A stretch of DNA of 25,490 bases from Bdellovibrionota bacterium FG-2 (GTDB lineage Bacteria; Bdellovibrionota; UBA1018): assembly GCA_051382305.1 (NCBI GenBank), contig JBBCAV010000142.1, positions 1 to 25,490 on the forward strand, in the 5' to 3' direction. Below, one piece after another: positions 8,004 to 16,608 of the stretch. Within the stretch, counting starts at the first letter, position 1. The number at the start of each line of letters is the position of its first letter. A program made the position numbers and the translations under genes. The notes under the pieces are model-generated. The model had not been told where the DNA came from. It saw only the letters and a list, made by a program, of their open reading frames with translations, and made no database searches.

Positions 8004-9113
8004 CTATTTTCCAATCGTCGTTGGGAAATCCGTGCTCGCAAACGATATGTCGGATGCGGTTAACGCTGCTGCTGTCGTCAAGTAACTCTTGAAGGCATCC
8101 AGGTTGGTGATGTCGGCAGCAGTCATTCCTAAGAAAGCTGGAATTTGATCTGTGGCCCAGCCGTCATAAGTTCCAGGGGTCGTAGCACTGGTCATGAAGG
8201 CTGCGATGACATCGCTTTGAGCGGTGCAAGCAGTGTCGGCCACTTGTGCCGGTGAGGCGGCATTGCTTAAGCACATCTGAGAATATTCGCCAGAATACGC
8301 GCCCCAAGAAAGGCGCGCAAAGAAGTTACCAGAGACATAAGCACCGGCGGTATCGAGGCCGCCAACGCCGATTCCGGTTATTGTACCATTGAGAGGAATT
8401 GAGCCGCTTTGGCCAGTTGCGTTTTTAACTACAAAACGGTGAGTGATGGGATTAATCAAAAGCAACGTGGACATAATGGTCGTAGCTCCAGTTCCGCCAC
8501 TTGTGAGGTGAACGGCAGTGATTTCGGGTTCGCCTGCGCTGTTTTTTCGAACATAAGCCTGATAGACTACGGTATTGCTTAAGTACGTTTGCATGACGGT
8601 CGCAGAGTAGGTTAAGCCGTCTGCGACTTTGCTATAGAGATATTGCGTTCCCGTCTCCGTTCCTGTTCCTGCGCGCACGCAATCTACAGTCGTGCCAAAA
8701 CTAAAGAAGAGAGGGTAGCTCCCTGCAGGAGTGAAGGTCGGCGTGTGCGCCGTGAGCTCAGTACCTCCTGCGCAGGTCGCATAACCTTTGTCCCCGTTGT
8801 ACGCGTCGAGCAGTTTCATGGCCGCGACATCCACTCCGCCATTGAGGGTGCCGGTGCCTACGCCGCTTCCGAACAAGGACTGAACGGATGAGGCTGCCAT
8901 GGGATTTAAGATATCCGCAAGAGCGCGATTAATGTCAAAATTCCCGAGGCGTGCGGCGGTTGAGCCCGATCCGCTGACTTGTGGGGTGGCCTTCTTCACG
9001 CTGGCCTGTATCGCGAGGAGGTCTGCGGGTGCGCCCTCATCTTTTTTTCCGCAAGAGGCGAAAGACATGGTGGCGAGAATGACGAATAACAGGATTCCTG
9101 GGCGCGTTTTCAT
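8004..9113 (-). CDS. Hypothetical lipoprotein, Gly/Thr/Ala-rich, probably beta-rich
   Basis: ATG 9113 gives MKTRPGILLFVILATMSFAS-C-GKK with a lipobox; the ORF-track extension to 9251 crosses an AT-rich intergenic region. Confidence 0.75.
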   Translation of the reverse strand: MKTRPGILLFVILATMSFASCGKKDEGAPADLLAIQASVKKATPQVSGSGSTAARLGNFDINRALADILNPMAASSVQSLFGSGVGTGTLNGGVDVAAMKLLDAYNGDKGYATCAGGTELTAHTPTFTPAGSYPLFFSFGTTVDCVRAGTGTETGTQYLYSKVADGLTYSATVMQTYLSNTVVYQAYVRKNSAGEPEITAVHLTSGGTGATTIMSTLLLINPITHRFVVKNATGQSGSIPLNGTITGIGVGGLDTAGAYVSGNFFARLSWGAYSGEYSQMCLSNAASPAQVADTACTAQSDVIAAFMTSATTPGTYDGWATDQIPAFLGMTAADITNLDAFKSYLTTAAALTASDISFASTDFPTTIGK

Positions 9114-9232
9114 AAAAGTCCGATTCTTGGTGAGAGGTTTAATATAATTTGTAATAAGTTGGTAAAATGTAAAATTGGTTTGGGAAAGATGTGTATTTTG
9201 CCGTATCCTAGAGAGGGGTGGGGTGAAGAGGC

Positions 9233-10123
9233 ATGAAAATGGGTGGGACACACCGCGTGGTTATGTATTTCATTCTCGTGAGTGTGCTTGTGGGCGCGGC
9301 CCCGAGCCTTGTTGCTGCCGCTCCACCCGCCGGGTGTTTGTCAAAATCTTTACAGGAGTTAGATCAGCTGGCCCAGACTGCAGTCGTACGCAAGGGGGCA
9401 GGCTTTCGAGCCCCCACGGCCGCCGAAAAGCTGGCTGCGACCATCCCGCCCATTCATCTTGCGCGCACAATGATTGAAGTGCGTGGGGTGCAGGTCTCAA
9501 TTCCCGAGGTCATCTATCGGCCTTTACCGCAGGGTCAGTCGGCGCAGCAAATGGCTGAGGCCTTTTTGTCCCAAAAGTATGGGCTTCCCATCAGTTTAGG
9601 CGAGCCCATCGCTTCGGGTGGAATGCGCAAGGTTTTTCGACATCCCCTGGACCCCACTAAAGTGATAAAAGTATTTGATCCCACTCTTGGCGCCAAGCGT
9701 TTAAGTGATTCGACCGTGGCGCTGATGATTCAGCGTGAAAAGACGCTGCAAGATTATTTGCTTCATATCGTGAGTCAGTTTCCCATTGGCACCAATCCTC
9801 CTTTTCGACTGAAAAGGATTGTGAGTACCCTGGAGGAGTTAGAGCGGGGAATCATCATTCAAGAAAAATCAAACGGCACAAGTGTTAAAGATATGTATCC
9901 CAATGGTTACAAAGTGGGCGCGCAGCCCCAACTCGATCAGGCTTGGAGTATTTTGAAAAAACACGACGGAATTTGGCAGACGATCAATCGCACCCAGTTT
10001 GAGTCTGAACTCTCTATTAAGGGTCTTAATGGCAAGCGGCAGGTTGTCGGCATTGATCCGGGAGCGAAGTTCTCCAATTCGCCTATCGGAAACGATGGGG
10101 TCCCGGAGCTGATTGATTGGTAG
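9233..10123 (+). CDS. Secreted protein-kinase-like (YrbL-like) protein
   Basis: Hydrophobic N-terminus; LGEPIASGGMRKVFRHPLDPTKVIKVF (Gly loop plus VxK), E in QREK, IIQEK hinge, GIDPGAKFSN catalytic-loop-like D/N, terminal LIDW. Confidence 0.6.
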   Translation: MKMGGTHRVVMYFILVSVLVGAAPSLVAAAPPAGCLSKSLQELDQLAQTAVVRKGAGFRAPTAAEKLAATIPPIHLARTMIEVRGVQVSIPEVIYRPLPQGQSAQQMAEAFLSQKYGLPISLGEPIASGGMRKVFRHPLDPTKVIKVFDPTLGAKRLSDSTVALMIQREKTLQDYLLHIVSQFPIGTNPPFRLKRIVSTLEELERGIIIQEKSNGTSVKDMYPNGYKVGAQPQLDQAWSILKKHDGIWQTINRTQFESELSIKGLNGKRQVVGIDPGAKFSNSPIGNDGVPELIDW

Positions 10124-10182
10124 ATTCGCAAATGAGGCTTTCGCTCTTGTCCGTTTGAACCTGCTTCGATATATAAGACCTC

Positions 10183-11865
10183 ATGGCACAGAAATTCTGT
10201 TTTACGATGCAGGGCATCAGCAAGATGTATCCCCCAAACAAGCAGGTTTTGCGGGACATTTATCTCTCATTTTTTTATGGCGCAAAGATTGGTGTCTTGG
10301 GGTTGAACGGATCGGGCAAATCGACGCTTCTTAAAATCATGGCGGGCGTGGAAAAGAATTATAATGGTGACGCGCGCCCCGGCGATGGGATCACGATTGG
10401 CTATCTTCAGCAAGAGCCGGAGCTGGATGATACCAAAACGGTGAAGGAAAACGTGCAAGAAGGCTTAGGGTCGATTGTTCGATCCCTAAAACGCTTCGAA
10501 GAAATCAATGCCGAATTTGCCAACCCCGATCTTGATCCAGACCGCATGGAAAAACTGCTGGCCGAGCAAGCCGATGTGCAGGAGAAAATTGAACACGCTA
10601 ACGGCTGGGAGTTGGATCGTACCCTTGATATCGCGATGGACGCACTTCGCTTGCCGCCACCGGATGCTCTAGTGAAAAATATTTCAGGAGGAGAGCGCAG
10701 GCGCGTGGCCTTGTGCAAACTTCTCTTGCAGAAACCTGATTTATTGTTGCTTGATGAACCGACCAACCATCTGGACGCCGAAAGCGTGGGTTGGCTTGAG
10801 CAGTTTCTTAAAAATTATCAGGGCACCGTGGTTGCGGTTACTCACGATCGTTATTTCTTGGATAATATTGCGGGTTGGATTTTGGAGCTTGATCGCGGAC
10901 ACGGGATTCCTTGGGAAGGAAACTATTCTTCTTGGTTGGAGCAAAAACAAAATAGATTGGCCCAAGAAGAAAAGACCGAGACCAAACGCCAAAAAACTCT
11001 GGAGCGAGAGCTGGAGTGGATTCGCATGAGTCCCCGCGCCCGACAAGCTAAGAGCAAAGCGCGTATCGGCGCGTACGAGCAAATGCTCTCAGAAGATCGT
11101 CCGGATAAGATCGATGAGATGGAGATTTATATTCCTCCTGGGCCAAGACTGGGGGGGCTGGTTTTTGAGGCCAAGGGGATTACAAAAGCCTACGGCGATA
11201 AGCTGTTGTTTGAGAATCTTTCCTTCATGTTGCCCCCTAATAGTTTAGTCGGAATCATCGGTGGAAATGGTGCGGGGAAAACGACGCTTTTTCGAATGCT
11301 CACGGGTAAGGAAAAACCAGACGCCGGTGAAATTCGGGTCGGCGATACGGTGAAGCTCGCGTATGTTGATCAATCTCGAGAAGCCTTGGATGCTAACAAA
11401 TCGGTTTGGGAGGAAATTTCGGATGGCAAAAACGAAGTGATTCTTCTTGGAAACCGTGAGGTTAATTCGCGCGCTTATTGCGCACGGTTTAATTTCTCCG
11501 GCGGCGATCAGCAGAAGAAAGTGGGACAGCTTTCAGGCGGGGAACGCAATCGGCTGCATTTAGCGAAAATGCTCAAGGCCGGGGGCAACGTTCTGCTGCT
11601 TGACGAACCGACCAACGACCTGGATGTCAATACGCTTCGGGCCCTTGAAGAGGCGCTGCTTAATTACGCGGGTTGCGCGTTGGTTATTAGCCATGATCGA
11701 TGGTTCTTGGATCGAATTTGTACCCACATCATGGCTTTTGAGGGCGAAAGCCAAGTTCTGCTTTTTGAAGGAAATTACCAGGACTATGAACTGGATCGTA
11801 AGAAGCGGCTGGGCGCTGATGCCCAGCAGCCGCATCGAGTTCATTACAAGAAGCTTACTCATTAA
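10183..11865 (+). CDS. ettA: Energy-dependent translational throttle protein EttA (ABC-F, ChvD/YjjK)
   Basis: [21 protein letters not shown], two ABC domains, [34 protein letters not shown] linker, IPPGPRLG. Confidence 0.95.
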   Translation: MAQKFCFTMQGISKMYPPNKQVLRDIYLSFFYGAKIGVLGLNGSGKSTLLKIMAGVEKNYNGDARPGDGITIGYLQQEPELDDTKTVKENVQEGLGSIVRSLKRFEEINAEFANPDLDPDRMEKLLAEQADVQEKIEHANGWELDRTLDIAMDALRLPPPDALVKNISGGERRRVALCKLLLQKPDLLLLDEPTNHLDAESVGWLEQFLKNYQGTVVAVTHDRYFLDNIAGWILELDRGHGIPWEGNYSSWLEQKQNRLAQEEKTETKRQKTLERELEWIRMSPRARQAKSKARIGAYEQMLSEDRPDKIDEMEIYIPPGPRLGGLVFEAKGITKAYGDKLLFENLSFMLPPNSLVGIIGGNGAGKTTLFRMLTGKEKPDAGEIRVGDTVKLAYVDQSREALDANKSVWEEISDGKNEVILLGNREVNSRAYCARFNFSGGDQQKKVGQLSGGERNRLHLAKMLKAGGNVLLLDEPTNDLDVNTLRALEEALLNYAGCALVISHDRWFLDRICTHIMAFEGESQVLLFEGNYQDYELDRKKRLGADAQQPHRVHYKKLTH

Positions 11866-11876
11866 GAGGCGTCCTC

Positions 11877-12851
11877 ATGGCACATAGTTTTAAGAAGATT
11901 CCGTCGGCTCTTTCTGCGTCTTTTAAGTCCCCTCATCTCGGAACGTTTGAGGGCGGGTTCAAAGAAGTGCCTTCGTTCAACGGGATTCGTGGATTTTTAT
12001 CGCATAAACGGTGGAACTACGTCTGGGCGGCTAATGATCAGCTTTTGCTGACGGCAGCGGTGATTGATGGCGGCTATATAGGGAACGCATTTGTGTGCGT
12101 AACGGATCTTGAACGCGGGAAAATCTTGGTAGAAAAATCATACTTGGGCCTCCCTCGTTTGCAGTCCAGCGTTAACGCGCATCCGAGTCGCGGGGCGAGT
12201 GCTGAATTTGTAGGTTTGGGGCATCGGCTGCACATTGAGTGGGGTGAGGACCGCTCCGGGATGGAGCTTTCATTTGAAACCCAAGGCGTTTCTGCCGAAG
12301 TCTTTTGGGATGCCACCGGCGCGCCTCCCCCGATCACGGTTGTGGGCGAGTTGAAGAAGGGGCTTGGCGTCATTACCCAAAAGACTAACCTTCTCAAAGT
12401 CAGTGGCAGTGTGAAAATCAAAGGTCGCAAGAGAGATTTTCGGGGCGCACTGGGCGGCTTGGATTTTACGTCAGGACATTTGCCCCGTCATACGCGTTGG
12501 AACTGGCTCATGGCTTCCGGCGAACTTGCTGATGGCACGGCGTTTGGCTGCAATTTGGCGATTGGAAACAATTTGGGTGGGCAAAGCGAGAATGCGCTTT
12601 GGCTGGGGTCGGATTTGGTGCCCGTGGGGTTGGTGCGAATTTCGCAAGAAAAGCGCGCCTGGGGAATCAAAAGCATAAAGCCTGGCATTGATCTTTATTT
12701 TGAAGGTAAAGCGTGGCGCAGGGAAGATCGGGAGCTGGGGCTCGTTTCGAGTCATTTTGCGCAGGGTTTTGGGATGCTCACGGGGAACGTCGATGGAAAA
12801 GAATTGGGATCGGTTCGGGCGGTCGTTGAAGATCAGAATTTGAAGTGGTAG
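11877..12851 (+). CDS. DUF2804-like protein
   Basis: KRWNYV, D.GY.GNAF, DFTSGHLPRHTRWNW, GCNL, ENALW and terminal EDQNLKW motifs recalled for DUF2804; GAGG RBS; 11 bp after ettA. Confidence 0.65.
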   Translation: MAHSFKKIPSALSASFKSPHLGTFEGGFKEVPSFNGIRGFLSHKRWNYVWAANDQLLLTAAVIDGGYIGNAFVCVTDLERGKILVEKSYLGLPRLQSSVNAHPSRGASAEFVGLGHRLHIEWGEDRSGMELSFETQGVSAEVFWDATGAPPPITVVGELKKGLGVITQKTNLLKVSGSVKIKGRKRDFRGALGGLDFTSGHLPRHTRWNWLMASGELADGTAFGCNLAIGNNLGGQSENALWLGSDLVPVGLVRISQEKRAWGIKSIKPGIDLYFEGKAWRREDRELGLVSSHFAQGFGMLTGNVDGKELGSVRAVVEDQNLKW

Positions 12852-12862
12852 TTTAGGGAACC

Positions 12863-13849
12863 TTATTCGGGAAACCACACTTCCTTGCAAAAATTCTTCT
12901 GAACCTCTGGGTTTTGGAGAATGCATCCAAGATAGCGCTTGAATTTAAGGTGAATTTCATCTCCATCGGTACTGCAAGACCACGAAAAATGAGAGGGATG
13001 AGTCCAAAGGGGCGCAAAGATTGCGTTGGCAAACATCTCCTGGTCCCTTTTTGCGGGACATTCTTCGTTCGTAGGATTGCTCGTGATCAGGCAAGTCCGC
13101 TGTTTTTCACCCAGGCGTTCGCGAAAGCCAAATCGACTATACTCATCGTTCTTGCAGTTCACGTCTCCCGCCGCCGCGACCCTGAGATCAGCATAAAGAG
13201 ATTGGCTTCTTGCGTACGCATTTTGGCAGGCATGTCCTAGCTCATGAAAGAAGAGGGCATCGAGGCATACATGAGTTTGACAGCTGAGGACAACTGATTC
13301 GGAAATTTCAACTGCCCTTCTCATGGGCTTGTAATGGGCCGTGTTATCACTAGGCCCTAGGCCAAATAGAATGTTGAGCTTAGTCTTGCTGAAAGACTTT
13401 GCGCACGCCGAGTTGCCGTTACCACAGCAGCGGCGTTGAATCTCACGATCATGGGTTAATTGCCAAAAACTGTCCCTGGCATAGATGAAGACTTTTCTTC
13501 GCCATTCTTTGTTGGTGATACGAAGGTTTCGTTGAGTAACGTTGAAAACGTAGGGTATTGCGGGCATTTCGTTACAAAAGGCATTGGGGTCTTGAAAAAG
13601 CTTGTCCCGTTGTGGTTTTAGGGCCTCACAATCTTTTTTGAAGGCTTCATCTTGATATCGCTCTTTCCAACTTACTTCGGGGCCAGGAGGAGTACAGGCT
13701 TCGAGTGTTGGGCCTGGTGCTGCTAACGTGCGCTCGACGTATTCCCAGATCTCTACTGTATCTTTGCTTTCATCTGCCACCAACACGGGATGCGGCATGG
13801 AGAAAAACAGCGACATTGTGATTAGGAAAATCTGCCTCACTGTCGCCAT
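12863..13849 (-). CDS. Secreted Cys-rich zinc metallopeptidase-like protein (gluzincin/M13-like)
   Basis: ATG 13849 gives a signal-like N-terminus and overlaps the upstream gene end; NTAHY, HELGH, downstream EMFAN and DEIH; 15 Cys. Confidence 0.65.
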   Translation of the reverse strand: MATVRQIFLITMSLFFSMPHPVLVADESKDTVEIWEYVERTLAAPGPTLEACTPPGPEVSWKERYQDEAFKKDCEALKPQRDKLFQDPNAFCNEMPAIPYVFNVTQRNLRITNKEWRRKVFIYARDSFWQLTHDREIQRRCCGNGNSACAKSFSKTKLNILFGLGPSDNTAHYKPMRRAVEISESVVLSCQTHVCLDALFFHELGHACQNAYARSQSLYADLRVAAAGDVNCKNDEYSRFGFRERLGEKQRTCLITSNPTNEECPAKRDQEMFANAIFAPLWTHPSHFSWSCSTDGDEIHLKFKRYLGCILQNPEVQKNFCKEVWFPE

Positions 13850-14286
13850 TGAACCACGAGTTTCTCCGCTCGAGTGAGAGGCTGTTGTTTGCATGTGAGC
13901 GCGCCATTTTCGAGAATCTGACAAACTTTTGGAGCCTTCAGTCGGACTTCAAGCGTATTGGCTTGAGCATCCTCGTCTGCTTGTTTTCTGAGGACAATTT
14001 GGAAACAATGCTCGTCATTCCCCAACGGAAGATCCACTCTCGCTTTGCGTTTTCCTGAATTGAGCTCGCGAAAAATCTTTGCGAGTTGGGTCTTCTTCTG
14101 TTGGCAATCTCGGGGGGAGAGGTGCGCACCTCCAAAGCGGCAGCTGCCGTTTTCTGTTTCTTCGAAGACAAAAGTACGTAAGGGCTTTCCGCCTCTATAG
14201 GTGAGTTCGTTTAATGCGGCCAGTGAGGCTGCCTGTGCAATCGACGCGCCTGTCGCAAACGTGAAAAAAACGATGAACCCCCACAT
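13837..14286 (-). CDS. Secreted hypothetical protein
   Basis: AAGGAGGG RBS; signal peptide ending IAQA; several Cys. Confidence 0.7.
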   Translation of the reverse strand: MWGFIVFFTFATGASIAQAASLAALNELTYRGGKPLRTFVFEETENGSCRFGGAHLSPRDCQQKKTQLAKIFRELNSGKRKARVDLPLGNDEHCFQIVLRKQADEDAQANTLEVRLKAPKVCQILENGALTCKQQPLTRAEKLVVQWRQ

Positions 14287-14390
14287 AACCCCTCCTTGGG
14301 TCAGCTAAGACTTAGCCAAGATATAGTTTATCGAGAGAGGGGCGAAAGCACGAGTGGCAAGTTTTTGACGGGAATGTCGGAAAATGACAC

Positions 14391-14435
14391 TGCCCAAATT
14401 CAGGCATTGCATTGCCCATATTTGGGCAGTAAGCT
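14391..14435 (+). promoter_or_regulatory. Promoter of the ATPase gene with two palindromic operators
   Basis: TGCCCAAATTCAGGCA (14391-14406) and TGCCCATATTTGGGCA (14413-14428) flank -35 TTGCAT (14407-14412); 17-bp spacer; -10 TAAGCT (14430-14435); ATG at 14442. Confidence 0.7.
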
Positions 14436-14441
14436 TAACCT

Positions 14442-15623
14442 ATGGACTTGTTTTGGGAAAAGCACAATTGGGAAGAGCAAGATGAGCACCTCTTGCGAGT
14501 TCGGGCGATGCCTTTTCGTCGCGCTTTTGATTCACTCGTTGTGAGTAAGGGGCTTTGCGTTATCAGGGGGCCGAGGCAAGTGGGGAAGTCCTCGTGGTTG
14601 AAAACGCTCTTGAGTCAGACAGTGAAGAAGGTGGGCGCAGAGAATTGTTTCTATGAAACTTGTGAGGAAATTGAAGATTTTAAACACCTGTCGGAGATTC
14701 TGAAGATGCACTCCGCTCGTAAATACGTTTTTCTTGATGAAGTAACGTATGTGCGAGAGTGGTGGCGGCCCATCAAGAAGTTGCTTGATTCTGGCGCTGT
14801 TCATGCGGTTGTGGTGACGGGTTCCAATTCAATTGACCTACGCAAAGGCAGTGATTTGATGCCTGGACGGCATGCCAAGGGGGGTGAGTATTTTCTTCGC
14901 CCTATGGACTTCGAGGAGTTTCGGGAAGCTCGAAAGCAGGCTGGATGGTGCGGGAAAACTCGCCTCGAGGAATTTGAAATTTTTTTTCGAGTGGGCGGCT
15001 TTCCCAAAGCTGTAGCAGAGGCCGGGCCTGATGGCGTCAATCCCGTAAATGCCAAAGAGGTCTACTTGAAATGGCTGCAGGGGGACGTATTGAAGGCGGG
15101 CAAGCAGCTTCAATACCTTCGAGAAGTGATGGGTCAATTATGCATCACCATGGGAACGCCCATGAGTCTTCAGAGCCTTGCTTCGAAAACTCAAATTGGC
15201 TCCCATCACACCGCGCAAGAATATGTGCAATTGCTAGAAGATTGTTTTGCACTAGGAACGCTCTATGCCATTGATCCAAATGACGCTTCTTTGAGATTCA
15301 AGAAAGGAAAAAAATTCTATTTCCTGGATCCGCTGATTTATTGGATTGCGCTTGAATGGTCAGGTCGGGATAAGCGGGTAGACGCGAATGGAGTCCTGGC
15401 TGAAATGGTGGCGTTTGAAAGTCTTTCGAGAAAATACCCACGGTTTGGCTATCTCCAAACTTCAAGGGGTGAGGTCGATTTTATCGCGCCGAAAAAATGG
15501 GCCATTGAAGTGAAGTGGTCTGACTCGAATCGCAATCTTAGCCGAACTTATCTTGATCTCTCGTTGCCGACAAAACTGTGCTGGACAAAACACAACTTTT
15601 TTGAGGAATTTCCACCATCTTAG
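14442..15623 (+). CDS. ATP-binding protein, AAA_14 plus DUF4143-like, with C-terminal PD-(D/E)xK nuclease motif
   Basis: Walker A GPRQVGKS, Walker B VFLDEV, VTGSN, L.GR, GGFP, KKFYFLDP, EVDFI...AIEVKW. Confidence 0.85.
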   Translation: MDLFWEKHNWEEQDEHLLRVRAMPFRRAFDSLVVSKGLCVIRGPRQVGKSSWLKTLLSQTVKKVGAENCFYETCEEIEDFKHLSEILKMHSARKYVFLDEVTYVREWWRPIKKLLDSGAVHAVVVTGSNSIDLRKGSDLMPGRHAKGGEYFLRPMDFEEFREARKQAGWCGKTRLEEFEIFFRVGGFPKAVAEAGPDGVNPVNAKEVYLKWLQGDVLKAGKQLQYLREVMGQLCITMGTPMSLQSLASKTQIGSHHTAQEYVQLLEDCFALGTLYAIDPNDASLRFKKGKKFYFLDPLIYWIALEWSGRDKRVDANGVLAEMVAFESLSRKYPRFGYLQTSRGEVDFIAPKKWAIEVKWSDSNRNLSRTYLDLSLPTKLCWTKHNFFEEFPPS

Positions 15624-16171
15624 TTTGACTTGTTTCTCGCCGCAAACTTCGCCATTTGGCCAATCGTTTCACGTAGCGCTTGAACCTGGCCCTCTTCTCG
15701 TAAATCGCCCAAACCGATTTCATGAAGGGCGAGACCTGAGAGTGCGACGCCATAGCGTTTCATGAAGTAATGCGCGGCCAAGACGGCCGTACGGCGATTG
15801 GCGTCGATAAAGAAGTGAGACAGCACGAGTCCCACATAGAGATCGACCGCCGCGTCGATGACAGCGCCGCGCTCTGCTTGCTCGGTTGCGCGGTGAAGTT
15901 TATCGCGTGAGTTAAGCACGGGGTCGGCGAGGAGGTCTAGGGTTTCAACTTTGCCAGAGGGGAGTTTAATCGTCACGGGGTCACGGCGCCAAGGGTCTTC
16001 GTCTTTCCCTGTATTTTTTCCCGTTAGGATGTTGTTGATTCTTGCAAGTTCAGCCGTGGTGAGTAAGGCTCGACACTCGGCAAGACTCTCGGTTACGGCT
16101 AAGGCGCGATCGAACCGGGTTCTTTCAAGCTGACGTTTGAGGGAATCGGGTCTATTGGGTTGGTCGGTCAT
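15620..16171 (-). CDS. Fic/Doc family protein (Doc-type motif)
   Basis: HFFIDANRRTA, close to the P1 Doc motif HIFNDANKRTA; WRRDPV flap region; GAGG upstream of ATG 16171. Confidence 0.85.
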   Translation of the reverse strand: MTDQPNRPDSLKRQLERTRFDRALAVTESLAECRALLTTAELARINNILTGKNTGKDEDPWRRDPVTIKLPSGKVETLDLLADPVLNSRDKLHRATEQAERGAVIDAAVDLYVGLVLSHFFIDANRRTAVLAAHYFMKRYGVALSGLALHEIGLGDLREEGQVQALRETIGQMAKFAARNKSN

Positions 16172-16212
16172 AGCGGTACCTCTAGAATGAAGAAACTCTG
16201 GTCTGGGGTCAA
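16160..16212. promoter_or_regulatory. Putative bidirectional sigma70 promoter between fic and clpS
   Basis: Plus strand TTGGTC (16160-16165)-17-TAGAAT (16183-16188); minus strand TTGACC (16212-16207)-17-CATTCT (16189-16184). The two -10 boxes overlap. Confidence 0.45.
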
Positions 16213-16232
16213 GGCGTTAAGGAGCGTGGGGC

Positions 16233-16565
16233 ATGGAAAAATCACATCAGCAGGCAGAGGAGCAGGTTCAGGTTAGGCCCAAGGCTCCCCCTCAGTATTC
16301 CGTCTTCTTTCTCAACGATGACTACACGAGCATGGAGTTTGTGGTGGAAATGTTGGAACGATTTTTTCGAAAAACGACGCAGGAGGCCCAAGAAATAATG
16401 TTGCGAGTACATCAGCAGGGGCGTGCCTTGGTCGGTGTCTATTTGCATGAAATTGCCGAGACGAAAATTCATCAAGTTCATGAGGTTGCTAAAGTGCGCG
16501 GCTTCCCGTTGAGGTGCGTTATGGAGCCAGATAATGCCCCCGCGGATGGCCCCTCGGCGTCATAG
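16233..16565 (+). CDS. clpS: ATP-dependent Clp protease adaptor ClpS
   Basis: LNDDYTSMEFVV, MLRVHQQG, EIAETK, GFPLRC; AAGGAG RBS; directly upstream of clpA. Confidence 0.97.
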   Translation: MEKSHQQAEEQVQVRPKAPPQYSVFFLNDDYTSMEFVVEMLERFFRKTTQEAQEIMLRVHQQGRALVGVYLHEIAETKIHQVHEVAKVRGFPLRCVMEPDNAPADGPSAS

Positions 16566-16608
16566 GAAAAGTTGGCAAACTGGTGAAGAGTTGGATAAGG
16601 ATTTTTAG

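Noticed and set aside
9149-9177. GTAA(T/A) direct repeats as a PhoB/OmpR-type box
   Set aside because: AT-rich context with inconsistent spacing (11 then 7 bp); too weak.
6323-10123. Prophage or integrative element between rlmN and ettA
   Set aside because: No integrase, transposase, phage genes, tRNA or flanking direct repeats seen.
14304-14316. GCTAAG-A-CTTAGC palindrome
   Set aside because: Single short palindrome with no second copy found; could be chance.
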